From positions 1,855,329-1,919,328 of the forward strand of contig OZ253668.1 of the NCBI GenBank assembly GCA_965263275.1: a DNA stretch of 64,000 bases, written 5' to 3'. A program made the translations under genes and the position numbers. Numbering within the stretch: the first letter of the stretch is position 1; each line of letters opens with the position of its first letter. This document shows, one piece after another, positions 54,520 to 63,161 of this stretch. Source of the stretch: Thermodesulfobacteriota bacterium (GTDB taxonomy: Bacteria > Desulfobacterota_D > UBA1144 > Nemesobacterales > Nemesobacteraceae). The notes beneath the pieces are model-generated. The model searched no databases and was not told where the DNA came from. It saw nothing but the letters and a program-made list of their open reading frames with translations.

Positions 54520-56088
54520 CTATACGCGCCTTCTCAAGAAGACAACCGAGAACAAAACGGATGTTATCAGGAACAGGTTAAGCAAAGTGCCTTGAGACGA
54601 CGTATTGCTGGTTCCGGCGATGGTGCATCCTCCGCCGCTAACAGCGTCTACTACCTCTTCCACTATGTCGTCCATGTCATCCATGTCGTCCATGTCATCC
54701 ATGTCGTCCATGTCATCCATGTCGTCCATGTCATCCATGTCGTCCATGTCATCCATGTCATCCATGTCATCCATCATGCCATCATCTTCCGGCGGATAAA
54801 CTCCGGAACCGAAGATGAAGGGCTGCGGAGGAAAATTAGCAGCAACAGCCATAAGAGTAACAAGAGGATTATCAGCTAGTCGAACAACTGTTTCTGCGAC
54901 CATTCCGTATAGGTCCGCCACCTCGATGTAGCTTGTCTTGGGTGACATGCCGGGAACCACTCTTTGTTCAAACCAGTCAGGAGGGTCTGGCGAGTCACCA
55001 GGCTTTAACCAGTGATATTTGACTGTAGCGGAATCTCCGATTTCTGGGCTTCCTCCTAATTCGTCGTTAAACAGTTTCGCTATGTTCTTTTCACCTTGCA
55101 GCTGATTATCATTCAAGTCAAGGTTAGCGCCGTTTAGATCAAAGTTGGTTCCGTTCACAAGCACTGTGGAATCTGCTGGATCCGCACTCATTACGAAAGC
55201 ATATATGCTTCCATACTTGAAATCCTCGCTTCCAAAACAAAAAAGCCGCTCTTGAATTTTTGTGGTTGTGATGCTATCAAGCATTTGATACTCAGCACCA
55301 GTTGGGTCGGCTAGACTAAGCAGATTGATTATGGTTGGCTTTGGGCCGAACATCTCGATCAATGCGTCCTCTGTTATATTTGCTACGTCTTTTTGAACCG
55401 CTTCTATAACACTTTTTACGTAAGCTTCAAGCTTCGTCTGGTCGCCCTCAACCTCCGCAGCGGTAGTGGTAAGATCAAGACCGGCACAGACAGGAGGATC
55501 AAAAGCGGAGTCGTTTGCATCGTGAACAAGACCTGCTATGTTCGTTACATCTACAGTATAGTCGCTCTCTACTTTAGTCGCGCAGGCTACACTGCCCTGG
55601 CCGTCGTAATCTTCTTCGCACTCCGTAGTCCCAATACCTGAACTTCTTGCTTTGTCGAGTAAAGCTTTTAAAGTAACCGCACCCTCCGAATTCGCGGCAT
55701 TCGGATTAAACTTGTGACCTATCAATCCGGGATGTCCCGCGTGATTCGTTACAAGGTTATTGTCGTTTATGCCTATTGCGTAGAAATTACCGTGCTTATA
55801 GTCTCCGCCATCTGTACTGTCTTGCCTGATATTCCTGGCGAATATTGTCAGCTCTCTGACTAGCTCGGCGCGATCCGCAACGGGATCGAATCGGTCCCTA
55901 ATCCCATTGTAGTACTCCACTATATGATTAACAAAGTCCTCCACGTCCTCTTTGACTTCAGGGTCGACCTCGTCCGCGGTTATGGTCTGACTGCCTCCGT
56001 GACTTGCGGACGCGTCAATGCTGAATGAAAAAACAAGCCCTAACGCAAAAAACAGGCTCAAAAGTATTCCGTGCATTTTAAATTTCAT
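54520..56088 (-). CDS. Double Cache-like surface protein with a (Met-Asp-Asp)12 linker and the GGC sorting tail (gene A; the only intact family member in the window)
   Basis: AGGAGG RBS; signal peptide MKFKMHGILLSLFFALGLVFSFSIDASA; two Cache-like modules. C-terminus ...GGGCTIAGTSNTSSQGTLLNLFLITSVLFSVVFLRRRV*. Confidence 0.8.
   Translation of the reverse strand: MKFKMHGILLSLFFALGLVFSFSIDASASHGGSQTITADEVDPEVKEDVEDFVNHIVEYYNGIRDRFDPVADRAELVRELTIFARNIRQDSTDGGDYKHGNFYAIGINDNNLVTNHAGHPGLIGHKFNPNAANSEGAVTLKALLDKARSSGIGTTECEEDYDGQGSVACATKVESDYTVDVTNIAGLVHDANDSAFDPPVCAGLDLTTTAAEVEGDQTKLEAYVKSVIEAVQKDVANITEDALIEMFGPKPTIINLLSLADPTGAEYQMLDSITTTKIQERLFCFGSEDFKYGSIYAFVMSADPADSTVLVNGTNFDLNGANLDLNDNQLQGEKNIAKLFNDELGGSPEIGDSATVKYHWLKPGDSPDPPDWFEQRVVPGMSPKTSYIEVADLYGMVAETVVRLADNPLVTLMAVAANFPPQPFIFGSGVYPPEDDGMMDDMDDMDDMDDMDDMDDMDDMDDMDDMDDMDDMDDIVEEVVDAVSGGGCTIAGTSNTSSQGTLLNLFLITSVLFSVVFLRRRV
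54667..54774 (-). repeat. 12 tandem copies of a 9-bp coding unit (ATG GAY GAC = Met-Asp-Asp)
   Basis: Alternating gtcgtccat / gtcatccat units on the plus strand, by hand count. Confidence 0.9.
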
Positions 56089-56245
56089 CCTGAAAATTCC
56101 TCCTGCAACTTTTTTTACTGCCATGATATCCATCATGGAGCAGAACTAACAATTCTAATTCACATTCTATTACAGGGAAATTCGGATTACAAGAAGAAAA
56201 ACAGGTTCCGGCGCGATATCCGCTTCGATGGCCATGCCGCGGAAA

Positions 56246-56345
56246 ATGAAAAAATCTATGTGGCAAATCCCTCGGGGGTTCCCGGAGGGGGCCGGGATTT
56301 TCACTACGGGCGGCTACTGCCTCCAGGTGTCTGGTTCCCGAGGTC
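56246..56345 (+). pseudogene. Fragment of the nucleoside 2-deoxyribosyltransferase 5' end (duplicate of 57685-57785)
   Basis: atgaaaaaatct... here against atgaaaaaaatct... in the intact gene. Out of frame it reads EKIYVANPSGVPGGGRDFHYGRLLP, matching KKIYLASPLGFSEACRDFYYERLLP. The upstream 70 nt is also homologous to 57620-57684. Confidence 0.7.
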
Positions 56346-56449
56346 AACAAGAGGGTCGCGCTTTGTTGTTTCCCAAATCAGGCAAACAGCGCTTTTGTTG
56401 ATTCTTTTACTTTCTTGCTCTGATGAGGATGAGGTGCGTTCAAATATCG

Positions 56450-56493
56450 AAAAAAGCAAGGATGGTCTTAACCGAGTTAAGACCATCCTTGCT
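56450..56493 (-). terminator. Rho-independent terminator of the Cache-like gene B
   Basis: 18-bp perfect stem agcaaggatggtcttaac/gttaagaccatccttgct, followed on the minus strand by T6. Confidence 0.7.
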
Positions 56494-56547
56494 TAATCAG
56501 CCGTTACTGGCAGTTTCGCGAAAACTGCCAGTACTGTAAAAAACTTT

Positions 56548-57603
56548 CTATGCGCGTCTTCTCAAAAAGACAACTGAGAACAGAACAGACGCTATCAGGA
56601 ACAAGTTGAGCAGAGTGCTCTGAGACGTATGTCCCGTCCCTGCGATGGCGCACGCTCCGTCGTCACCGTCTCCTGCCATCATGTCATCCATGTCGTCCAT
56701 GTCATCCATGTCATCCATCATGTCTGGAGGATAAATTCCGGAACCGAATATATAGAAAGCTGGATCGCCAAGTCCAGACGTATTTGTATTCTTTACCTCA
56801 ACATAGCTTGTCTTGGGCGACATGCCGGGGACCACGCTTCGTTCAAACCAGTCAGAAGGCTCCGGTTGGTCACCAGGTATCAACCAGTGATAGTCGACAA
56901 AACCTCCCTGCCCGTCCGTCAGTTGTCCGTTAACAGTTACCGCGTCGCGAATCAGCTTCGCTATATCTTGTTTATCAGCTGGATTCATCGGATCTGTTAG
57001 TCGGAAATTCAGGCCGTTCAGGTCGGAGCTTTGCCCGTTTAGAAACACGGTGGCATCTTCATCTGCGGACATGATAAAAGCGTATATGGAACCATCCTTG
57101 AAAGGTGCCATACTAAAACAAGCGGCTTCTTCTAGGGACCTTTGACCTACGAACCTACCAAATTCGGCCCGCATAGTGGGGTCAAGAGGATTTATCCCTT
57201 TCATAAAGGCTTCTGTCCCTATCCTCGTTAGTAGATCTACGGATGTCTCAATAATATCCTTTACATACTGTTTAAGATTGTCTTTGTCTTGGCTTGCATT
57301 GACGTCCACGGCTGTAACGGTCAAGGGCACTAAATTGGAACAGTCGGGAGGTAGTGCATCGCTTGGCGCGTGATTATAACCTACTATTGAGGTCACCGTT
57401 CCGCCGGCGGTGTCCCCTTTAATTGCGCATGCCCACTTGCTGCCGTTATATTGTTCGCAGTATGGAGCGGTGGTGGCGTTATCGAATAAGTTTTTTATAG
57501 TTCCGGGCGAAGAAAGATCAAATCTGTGACCATACAAATTAGTATGTAGCCCGTGATTTTTTACTGGACTGACATAGTAGTGTAAAATCAGCCCTTCATA
57601 CAT
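56548..57603 (-). pseudogene. Cache-like surface protein gene B, 5'-truncated: no signal peptide, no RBS and most of module 1 missing
   Basis: Colinear with gene A from inside module 1 (YEGLILHYYVSPVKNHGLHTNLYGHRFD ~ GNFYAIGINDNNLVTNHAGHPGLIGHKFN). C-terminus (MDD)4...DDGACAIAGTGHTSQSTLLNLFLIASVLFSVVFLRRRA*. Confidence 0.65.
56683..56718 (-). repeat. 4 tandem copies of the same 9-bp Met-Asp-Asp unit
   Basis: gtcatccat / gtcgtccat units by hand count. Confidence 0.9.
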
Positions 57604-57684
57604 TAAATCATAAAGAGAATTTGGATTGCAACAGGAAAAACGGGTTTCGGTGCGATATCCGCTCCGGCGTCGCTAAAGCGTGAA

Positions 57685-58146
57685 ATGAAAAAAATCTACC
57701 TCGCAAGTCCCTTGGGTTTTTCAGAAGCGTGCCGGGATTTTTACTACGAGCGGCTCCTGCCTCTCGTGGAAGAATCCGGCTTCGGGGTTCTTGATCCATG
57801 GGATACGGGAATTGAGATTCCGGGTCCCGAAGCTGAAAAACAGGTATGGGATCGCTTTAACATGCTCATCGGAGAGCGTAACAGAAAGGCAATCGAATCC
57901 TCAGACGGCATGTTCGCCGTTCTGGACGGCACTGATGTTGACAGCGGCACAGCTTCAGAAATAGGCTACGCTTTCGCTCTCGGAAAAAAGATTCTCGGCT
58001 ACAGGGGGGATTTTCGTCTCACGGGAGATAACCCGGGGAGCACGGTTAACCTTCAGGTTGAATACTTCATACGAAAAAGCGGCGGCAGGATAGTGCGCTC
58101 CGTAGGGGAGCTTGCTGATGCTCTTGCGGATGTTTTCACCAACTGA
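57685..58146 (+). CDS. Nucleoside 2-deoxyribosyltransferase family protein
   Basis: MKKIYLASPLGFSE... and ...DGTDVDSGTASEIGYAFALGKKILGY are the NDT signature. Confidence 0.8.
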   Translation: MKKIYLASPLGFSEACRDFYYERLLPLVEESGFGVLDPWDTGIEIPGPEAEKQVWDRFNMLIGERNRKAIESSDGMFAVLDGTDVDSGTASEIGYAFALGKKILGYRGDFRLTGDNPGSTVNLQVEYFIRKSGGRIVRSVGELADALADVFTN

Positions 58147-58233
58147 GCGGCTCCCGGACCGCAATCGGCTTCGTTTGACAACCCCGCCCGTTTCTGTAAC
58201 CTAGATTTTCCTAGACTTAAGACTCCGAGGCAA

Positions 58234-59228
58234 ATGAAATAGACATTCTTGACGTAGTTTCCGAAAAGCTTCTAGAAAAAGAAGAAGATATAACCTTTGA
58301 AGACGCCATCGCTCTTACGGAACTTTCCGGGGAGCGGCTTTCTGACCTTATATCGCTTGCGAGAAAGGTTACCCTCAAGTACAAGGGCGACGGGGTGTTT
58401 CTTCGCTCCATCATAAGCGCCCAGACCGGGAACTGTCCCGAGGACTGCTCCTTCTGCTCCCAGTCGGCCCATTTCGATACCGAGGTAGAGGCTCACCCGC
58501 TCATGGCCGCGGAGAGAATACTCGGAGCCGCAAGGCAGGCGGAGAAGATGGGCGCCATGGATTTCTGCATAGTCATAAGCGCCAAGGGCCCGACGCCGAG
58601 GATATTCAAAAAGGTTCTGGAAGCCGTTGATCTTCTCTGCGCGGAAACAAACCTCAAGGTCGGCTGTTCTCTCGGAGACCTCACCGAGGAGCAGGCCTAC
58701 GAGCTCAGGGACCACGGGGTGTGGAGATACAATCACAACATCGAGACCTGCAGGAGCCACTTTCCCAGCATATGCACCACTCACAGTTACGATGACAGGC
58801 TGAAGACCGCTCTTTTGGTAAAGGAAACCGGCATGAATCTCTGCTCGGGCGGCATACTGGGCATGGGAGAGACGATTGCCCAGAGAATTGAGTTTGCCTT
58901 TGAGATAAGGGATCTTAACCCCACATGGGTTCCGATAAACTTCCTTGACCCGAGACCCGGAACCCCGTTTGAGAGCCTTGAGACCATACAGCCGCTTGAA
59001 GCCGTGAGAACCATCTCGATTTACAGGCTCGTGCTTCCCGACAAGATTATAATGACAGCCGGGGGAAGGGAAGTTACGCTTCGCGACCTCCAGGCCATGG
59101 GTCTTGTGGCGGGGGCAAACGCCATGATTCTCGGCAACTACCTTACTACTCCCGGACGCTCGCCTCAAGAAGACCTCCGGATGCTTGATGACCTGCAGAT
59201 GCCGGTCAGAAAAGAAATCCTGAACTAG
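58234..59228 (+). CDS. bioB: Biotin synthase; apparent 1-nt frameshift directly after the start codon
   Basis: Radical-SAM CPEDCSFCSQS and a BioB-like C-terminus. The frame is open from 58221 but has no canonical in-frame start before 58395. The ATG at 58234 has a GAGG RBS but is out of frame by one nt across atgaaatag. Confidence 0.85.
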
Positions 59229-59294
59229 CCTCGCCCCTGCGATTTCGTTATATTCTTCCCATTCGGGGCCTCTTGCGCTCCTATACGGACCGAG

Positions 59295-60653
59295 ATGAGT
59301 GACAGATCAAAACAGATAGGATCCTACGACAGGGAATTCGTATGGCATCCGTTTACCCAGATGAAGGATTACGCGCGCACAGACCCCATAGTCATTGAGC
59401 GCGCGGAGGGTTCATACCTTATAGATTCCGAGGGAAAAAGATACATAGACGGCGTCTCATCCCTCTGGGTAAACATTCACGGCCACGGGGTTCCCGAGAT
59501 TGACGGGGCCATAAAAAAACAGCTTGAGCTCGTAAGCCACAGCACGCTTCTGGGCATAACCAATCCCCCCGCGGCGGAACTTGCCAAGGCACTTGTGGAA
59601 ATCTGTCCCCCGGGACTAAAGAAGGTTTTTTACTCGGGTGACGGGGCAAGCGCCGTTGAGGTCGCGCTCAAGATGGCGTTTCAGTACTGGTCCCACAAGG
59701 GCAGGGCGGAGAAAAAGGCGTTTCTGTGTCTTGATAACGGTTATCACGGCGACACGCTGGGAGCCGTTTCGGTCGGGGGAATCGACATTTTCCACAAGGC
59801 TTTTGCGCCGCTTCTGTTCAAGACCTTTAGGGCTCCTTCCTATTACTGCTACAGGTGTCCGCTCGGCAAAACCTGGCCTGGATGCGGGATCGCGTGCGCG
59901 GACGAGCTCGGAGAGATCCTGAGGAAAAAACACGAGGAGATAGCCGCCGTCATACTTGAACCGTGCGTTCAGGCCGCCGGAGGCATGGTGGTCGCTCCCG
60001 ACGGGTATCTAGCGAAAGTGAGGGAGTACTGCACCCGCTACGACGTGCTTATGATAGTTGACGAGGTGGCAACCGGCTTTGGCAGAACGGGGAAGATGTT
60101 CGCGTGCGAACATGACGGGGTAACGCCCGACATGCTGGTTCTCGGGAAGGGAATGACCGGGGGATACCTCCCGCTTTCAGCTACTGTCACTACCGATGAG
60201 ATCTACGAGGAGTTCCTGGGGGACTACGAGGAATTCAAGACCTTCTTTCACGGGCACAGCTACTCGGGCAACCCTCTTTCTTGCGCGGCCGCGATGGGGA
60301 ATCTCGAAGCTTTTCGAAATAACGACACGCTTTCAGTTCTTTCCGAGAAAACGGAGTTTCTGGAGAACGAGCTTCGCGAATTCGAGGGCCTCTCCCACGT
60401 CGGAGATGTGAGAAACAAGGGTCTTATGGTAGGAATCGAGCTTGTAGGGGACAAAAAGACGAAAAAGCCCTACGAGGCGGCGGAGAGAATGGGGTGGCAG
60501 GTCGCTGAGGAGGCTCTGTCGCACGAGGTTCTGATAAGACCGCTTGGGGATGTGGTCGTGCTCATGCCTCCCGTGGGAATCCCGATGGACGATCTCGCAA
60601 AGCTCCTGCGGGCGATCTATCTATCCATAAAAAAAGTAACGGAAGAGGGTTAG
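59295..60653 (+). CDS. bioA: Adenosylmethionine-8-amino-7-oxononanoate aminotransferase
   Basis: Class III aminotransferase; VWHPFTQM start, DEVATGFGRTGKMFA. Confidence 0.9.
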   Translation: MSDRSKQIGSYDREFVWHPFTQMKDYARTDPIVIERAEGSYLIDSEGKRYIDGVSSLWVNIHGHGVPEIDGAIKKQLELVSHSTLLGITNPPAAELAKALVEICPPGLKKVFYSGDGASAVEVALKMAFQYWSHKGRAEKKAFLCLDNGYHGDTLGAVSVGGIDIFHKAFAPLLFKTFRAPSYYCYRCPLGKTWPGCGIACADELGEILRKKHEEIAAVILEPCVQAAGGMVVAPDGYLAKVREYCTRYDVLMIVDEVATGFGRTGKMFACEHDGVTPDMLVLGKGMTGGYLPLSATVTTDEIYEEFLGDYEEFKTFFHGHSYSGNPLSCAAAMGNLEAFRNNDTLSVLSEKTEFLENELREFEGLSHVGDVRNKGLMVGIELVGDKKTKKPYEAAERMGWQVAEEALSHEVLIRPLGDVVVLMPPVGIPMDDLAKLLRAIYLSIKKVTEEG

Positions 60654-60658
60654 TTCAC

Positions 60659-61843
60659 ATGGAAGCTCCCGATTCTCTTGAATGGATAGAAGATGAGTTA
60701 AGGGTGATCCGGGGGAAGAATCTTTTCAGGACGCTTACGGAAATCTCCTCGGGCCAGTCCCCCGAAATACTGATCGGCGGGAAAAAACACATACTTCTTG
60801 CCTCGAACAACTATCTGGGTCTTTCTACACACCCGAAGGTAATGGAGGCGGCCGCGGCGGCCCTCTCGAAATACGGAACGGGCTCCGGAGGGTCAAGGCT
60901 CGTAAGCGGAAGCTCCGACCTTCACGCAAAGCTTGAAAGGAAGATAGCGGAATTCAAATCAACCGAGGCCGCGATTCTTTTCTCAAGCGGTTATCTCGCG
61001 AACGTGGGAACGATCGCCACGCTTGTCGGGGAAGGAGACACGGTGTTCAGCGACGAGCTTAACCACGCTTCCATAATAGACGGCTGCAGGCTGTCGCGGG
61101 CCACGGTAGAGGTCTATCCCCATCTTGACACAGACAGTCTTCGGCGCATGGTTTCCAGAAGCCGCGGGCGTGGAAAGAAACTCATAGTCACAGACACGGT
61201 GTTCAGCATGGACGGGGACCTGACGGACCTTGGGGAGATCTGCTCGATCTCTGAGCGCCACGGCTGCATGCTCATGGTGGACGAGGCCCACGCGATGGGA
61301 GTTCTGGGGGAAAAGGGAAGCGGGGCCACCGAACATTTCGGAGTTGAGCAGAGGGTTCCCGTGGTTATGGGCACTCTTTCAAAAGCCGTCGGTTCCGTGG
61401 GCGGATACGTGGCCGGCAGCCGCAGTCTCATTGACTTCATCCGAAACAGGGTGAGAAGCTACATTTTCGATACTTCCCTCCCGGCCGCTTCCCTGGCCGC
61501 GTCAATCGAGGCAATCGGCATCATAGAGGGCGAACCGCAGAGAAGAAAGCATCTGATGGATCTTGTAGATACGTTCAAGGCGGGCCTCTGTGAAATGGGA
61601 TTTAACGTGCTTCCGTCCCAAAGCGCGATAGTGCCCGTATTGACCGGGGAACCGGAAGCTACCCTTAAGTTGGCCGCGGAGCTTCGTGAGCGGGGAATCT
61701 ACACTCCGGCCGTAAGACCCCCTTCTGTTCCCGCCGGAAAATGCAGGATAAGGGCATCGCTTATGGCGACCCACACGGAAGATCACATATCACTGGCGCT
61801 TTCGGGGTTCAGGGCAGCGAATTTGCTTATGAAAAGTTCATGA
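60659..61843 (+). CDS. bioF: 8-amino-7-oxononanoate synthase
   Basis: Alpha-oxoamine synthase; SNNYLGL, DEAHAMGVLG, TLSKAVG. Confidence 0.9.
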   Translation: MEAPDSLEWIEDELRVIRGKNLFRTLTEISSGQSPEILIGGKKHILLASNNYLGLSTHPKVMEAAAAALSKYGTGSGGSRLVSGSSDLHAKLERKIAEFKSTEAAILFSSGYLANVGTIATLVGEGDTVFSDELNHASIIDGCRLSRATVEVYPHLDTDSLRRMVSRSRGRGKKLIVTDTVFSMDGDLTDLGEICSISERHGCMLMVDEAHAMGVLGEKGSGATEHFGVEQRVPVVMGTLSKAVGSVGGYVAGSRSLIDFIRNRVRSYIFDTSLPAASLAASIEAIGIIEGEPQRRKHLMDLVDTFKAGLCEMGFNVLPSQSAIVPVLTGEPEATLKLAAELRERGIYTPAVRPPSVPAGKCRIRASLMATHTEDHISLALSGFRAANLLMKSS

Positions 61844-61904
61844 TCCGATCCAGTTGGCGCCACGCGTTCTGCGAAGCAGTCGGCGAGGCGGTTCTATGGC
61901 AGGG

Positions 61905-63002
61905 TTAGTAAGTCTGCGGAGTTCCGCAGCTTTTTTCGAGAACTGTCGGAACTTCAATTTCGCCATTTATTATGCGGGTCTTGTAGTCTTCCAGCCAGTC
62001 TTTTATGTCGTCTACAAAGCCCCCCGACGTGGAGTAGCCCACTCCGCCGTTTGATAGGTTGTCGTCCACGGGGCCGCCTGAAAATTCACCATTTTTCTGC
62101 GCTTCGATAATATTGTAGACGGCTATGTCCACCCTTTTCAGCATGGAAGTCAGTATATGCTCCCGCACGGATTCACCGGCGGTGTGGTACTGGTCGGAGT
62201 CAACACCTATCGCCCAGACCTTGGTTCCCTCGGCCTTGCTGAAATCCTTTGCCGCCGCGAAAAGCCCCGCTCCTGAACCCCCGGCCGCGTGAAAGACGAC
62301 ATCCGCGTCCTCTCCGAACATGCGAAGCGCAACCCGCTTGCCTCCGGCAACGTCGCCAAAACCCGCCAGATTATCCCAGTCGGACAGGTATTCCGTTTCG
62401 ACCGTGATATCCGGGTTTACCGTTTTTACGCCTGCGATGAACCCCGCCTCAAATTTTTCGATGAGTTCGTCAGGAGTAGCGCATACTCCCCCTATGAAGC
62501 CGACTTTGTCTGTTTTGGTCGTAAGCGCGGCCGCGGCGCCGACAAGAAAGGAACCTTCTGCCTCGTTAAAGAGCAGGCTTGCGAAATTCGCGGGAGGGTC
62601 ATTTCCCTGCTGAATGTCTACGCCGGCGAAATTGGTGTCAGGATTGGCGGCTGCGACCTTTTTTATGGAGTTATCGAATGAAAATCCAACGGCTATCACC
62701 AGATCGTTTTCCGTGGCAAGAGACCGGAGCAGCTCCTCGCGGTTCGGTTCAGTTCCGTCGGTCGTTTCCTCGATTACCACGGCTCCAAGTTCCTCCTGGG
62801 CTTTTCTGATTCCCTCGTAGGCGGAATCGTTAAACGATTTGTCGCCTTTGCCTTCCGCGTCATAGACTATTCCCACCATGAGGCCGCTCTCGTCATCATT
62901 GTCACACGACAGAATCGCAAAAGACAAAAGCAGCACCATAAGAGGCAGAATCAGCAGCAACGAGTTTGTGCTCAGGGCTCTTTTTAAGGTTTTTTCAGTC
63001 AT
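61905..63002 (-). CDS. BMP-family (PnrA/Med-like) ABC substrate-binding lipoprotein
   Basis: Lipobox FAILSC; DKSFNDSAYEG and FIGG... patterns of the basic membrane protein family. Confidence 0.8.
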   Translation of the reverse strand: MTEKTLKRALSTNSLLLILPLMVLLLSFAILSCDNDDESGLMVGIVYDAEGKGDKSFNDSAYEGIRKAQEELGAVVIEETTDGTEPNREELLRSLATENDLVIAVGFSFDNSIKKVAAANPDTNFAGVDIQQGNDPPANFASLLFNEAEGSFLVGAAAALTTKTDKVGFIGGVCATPDELIEKFEAGFIAGVKTVNPDITVETEYLSDWDNLAGFGDVAGGKRVALRMFGEDADVVFHAAGGSGAGLFAAAKDFSKAEGTKVWAIGVDSDQYHTAGESVREHILTSMLKRVDIAVYNIIEAQKNGEFSGGPVDDNLSNGGVGYSTSGGFVDDIKDWLEDYKTRIINGEIEVPTVLEKSCGTPQTY

Positions 63003-63161
63003 TTCTTCCTCCGGCTAATTCGTGAAAAAAAGAATTATTTGGCAAAGGCCGCTGATAACGTCCTAAATCTTTCGCAAATTAAAAAAGGAAGGCGGCATTT
63101 CCTAGTAAATCTGGTTAGATAAATAGTGTTCTAAATCTATTTAACAGGAGGAAACACCGCC

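Noticed and set aside
54667-54774. Possible CRISPR-like array suggested by short, regularly spaced repeats
   Set aside because: The units are contiguous 9-bp repeats with no spacers, in frame within a CDS. No cas genes are present.
54388-54879. ORF with an HVIHVVHVIH... repeat, and 54605-54799 with a (MSS)n repeat
   Set aside because: These are other frames or the other strand of the (MDD)12 microsatellite. Gene A on the minus strand has a signal peptide, domains and the sorting tail.
58176-58233. BirA operator (bioO-like palindrome) upstream of bioB; a TGTAACC half-site is present
   Set aside because: No matching inverted half-site (GGTTACA) lies within a reasonable distance.
58272-59168. 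298-aa minus-strand ORF covering bioB
   Set aside because: It is antisense to a gene with unmistakable radical-SAM BioB motifs, and its composition is Gly/Arg/Leu-rich noise.
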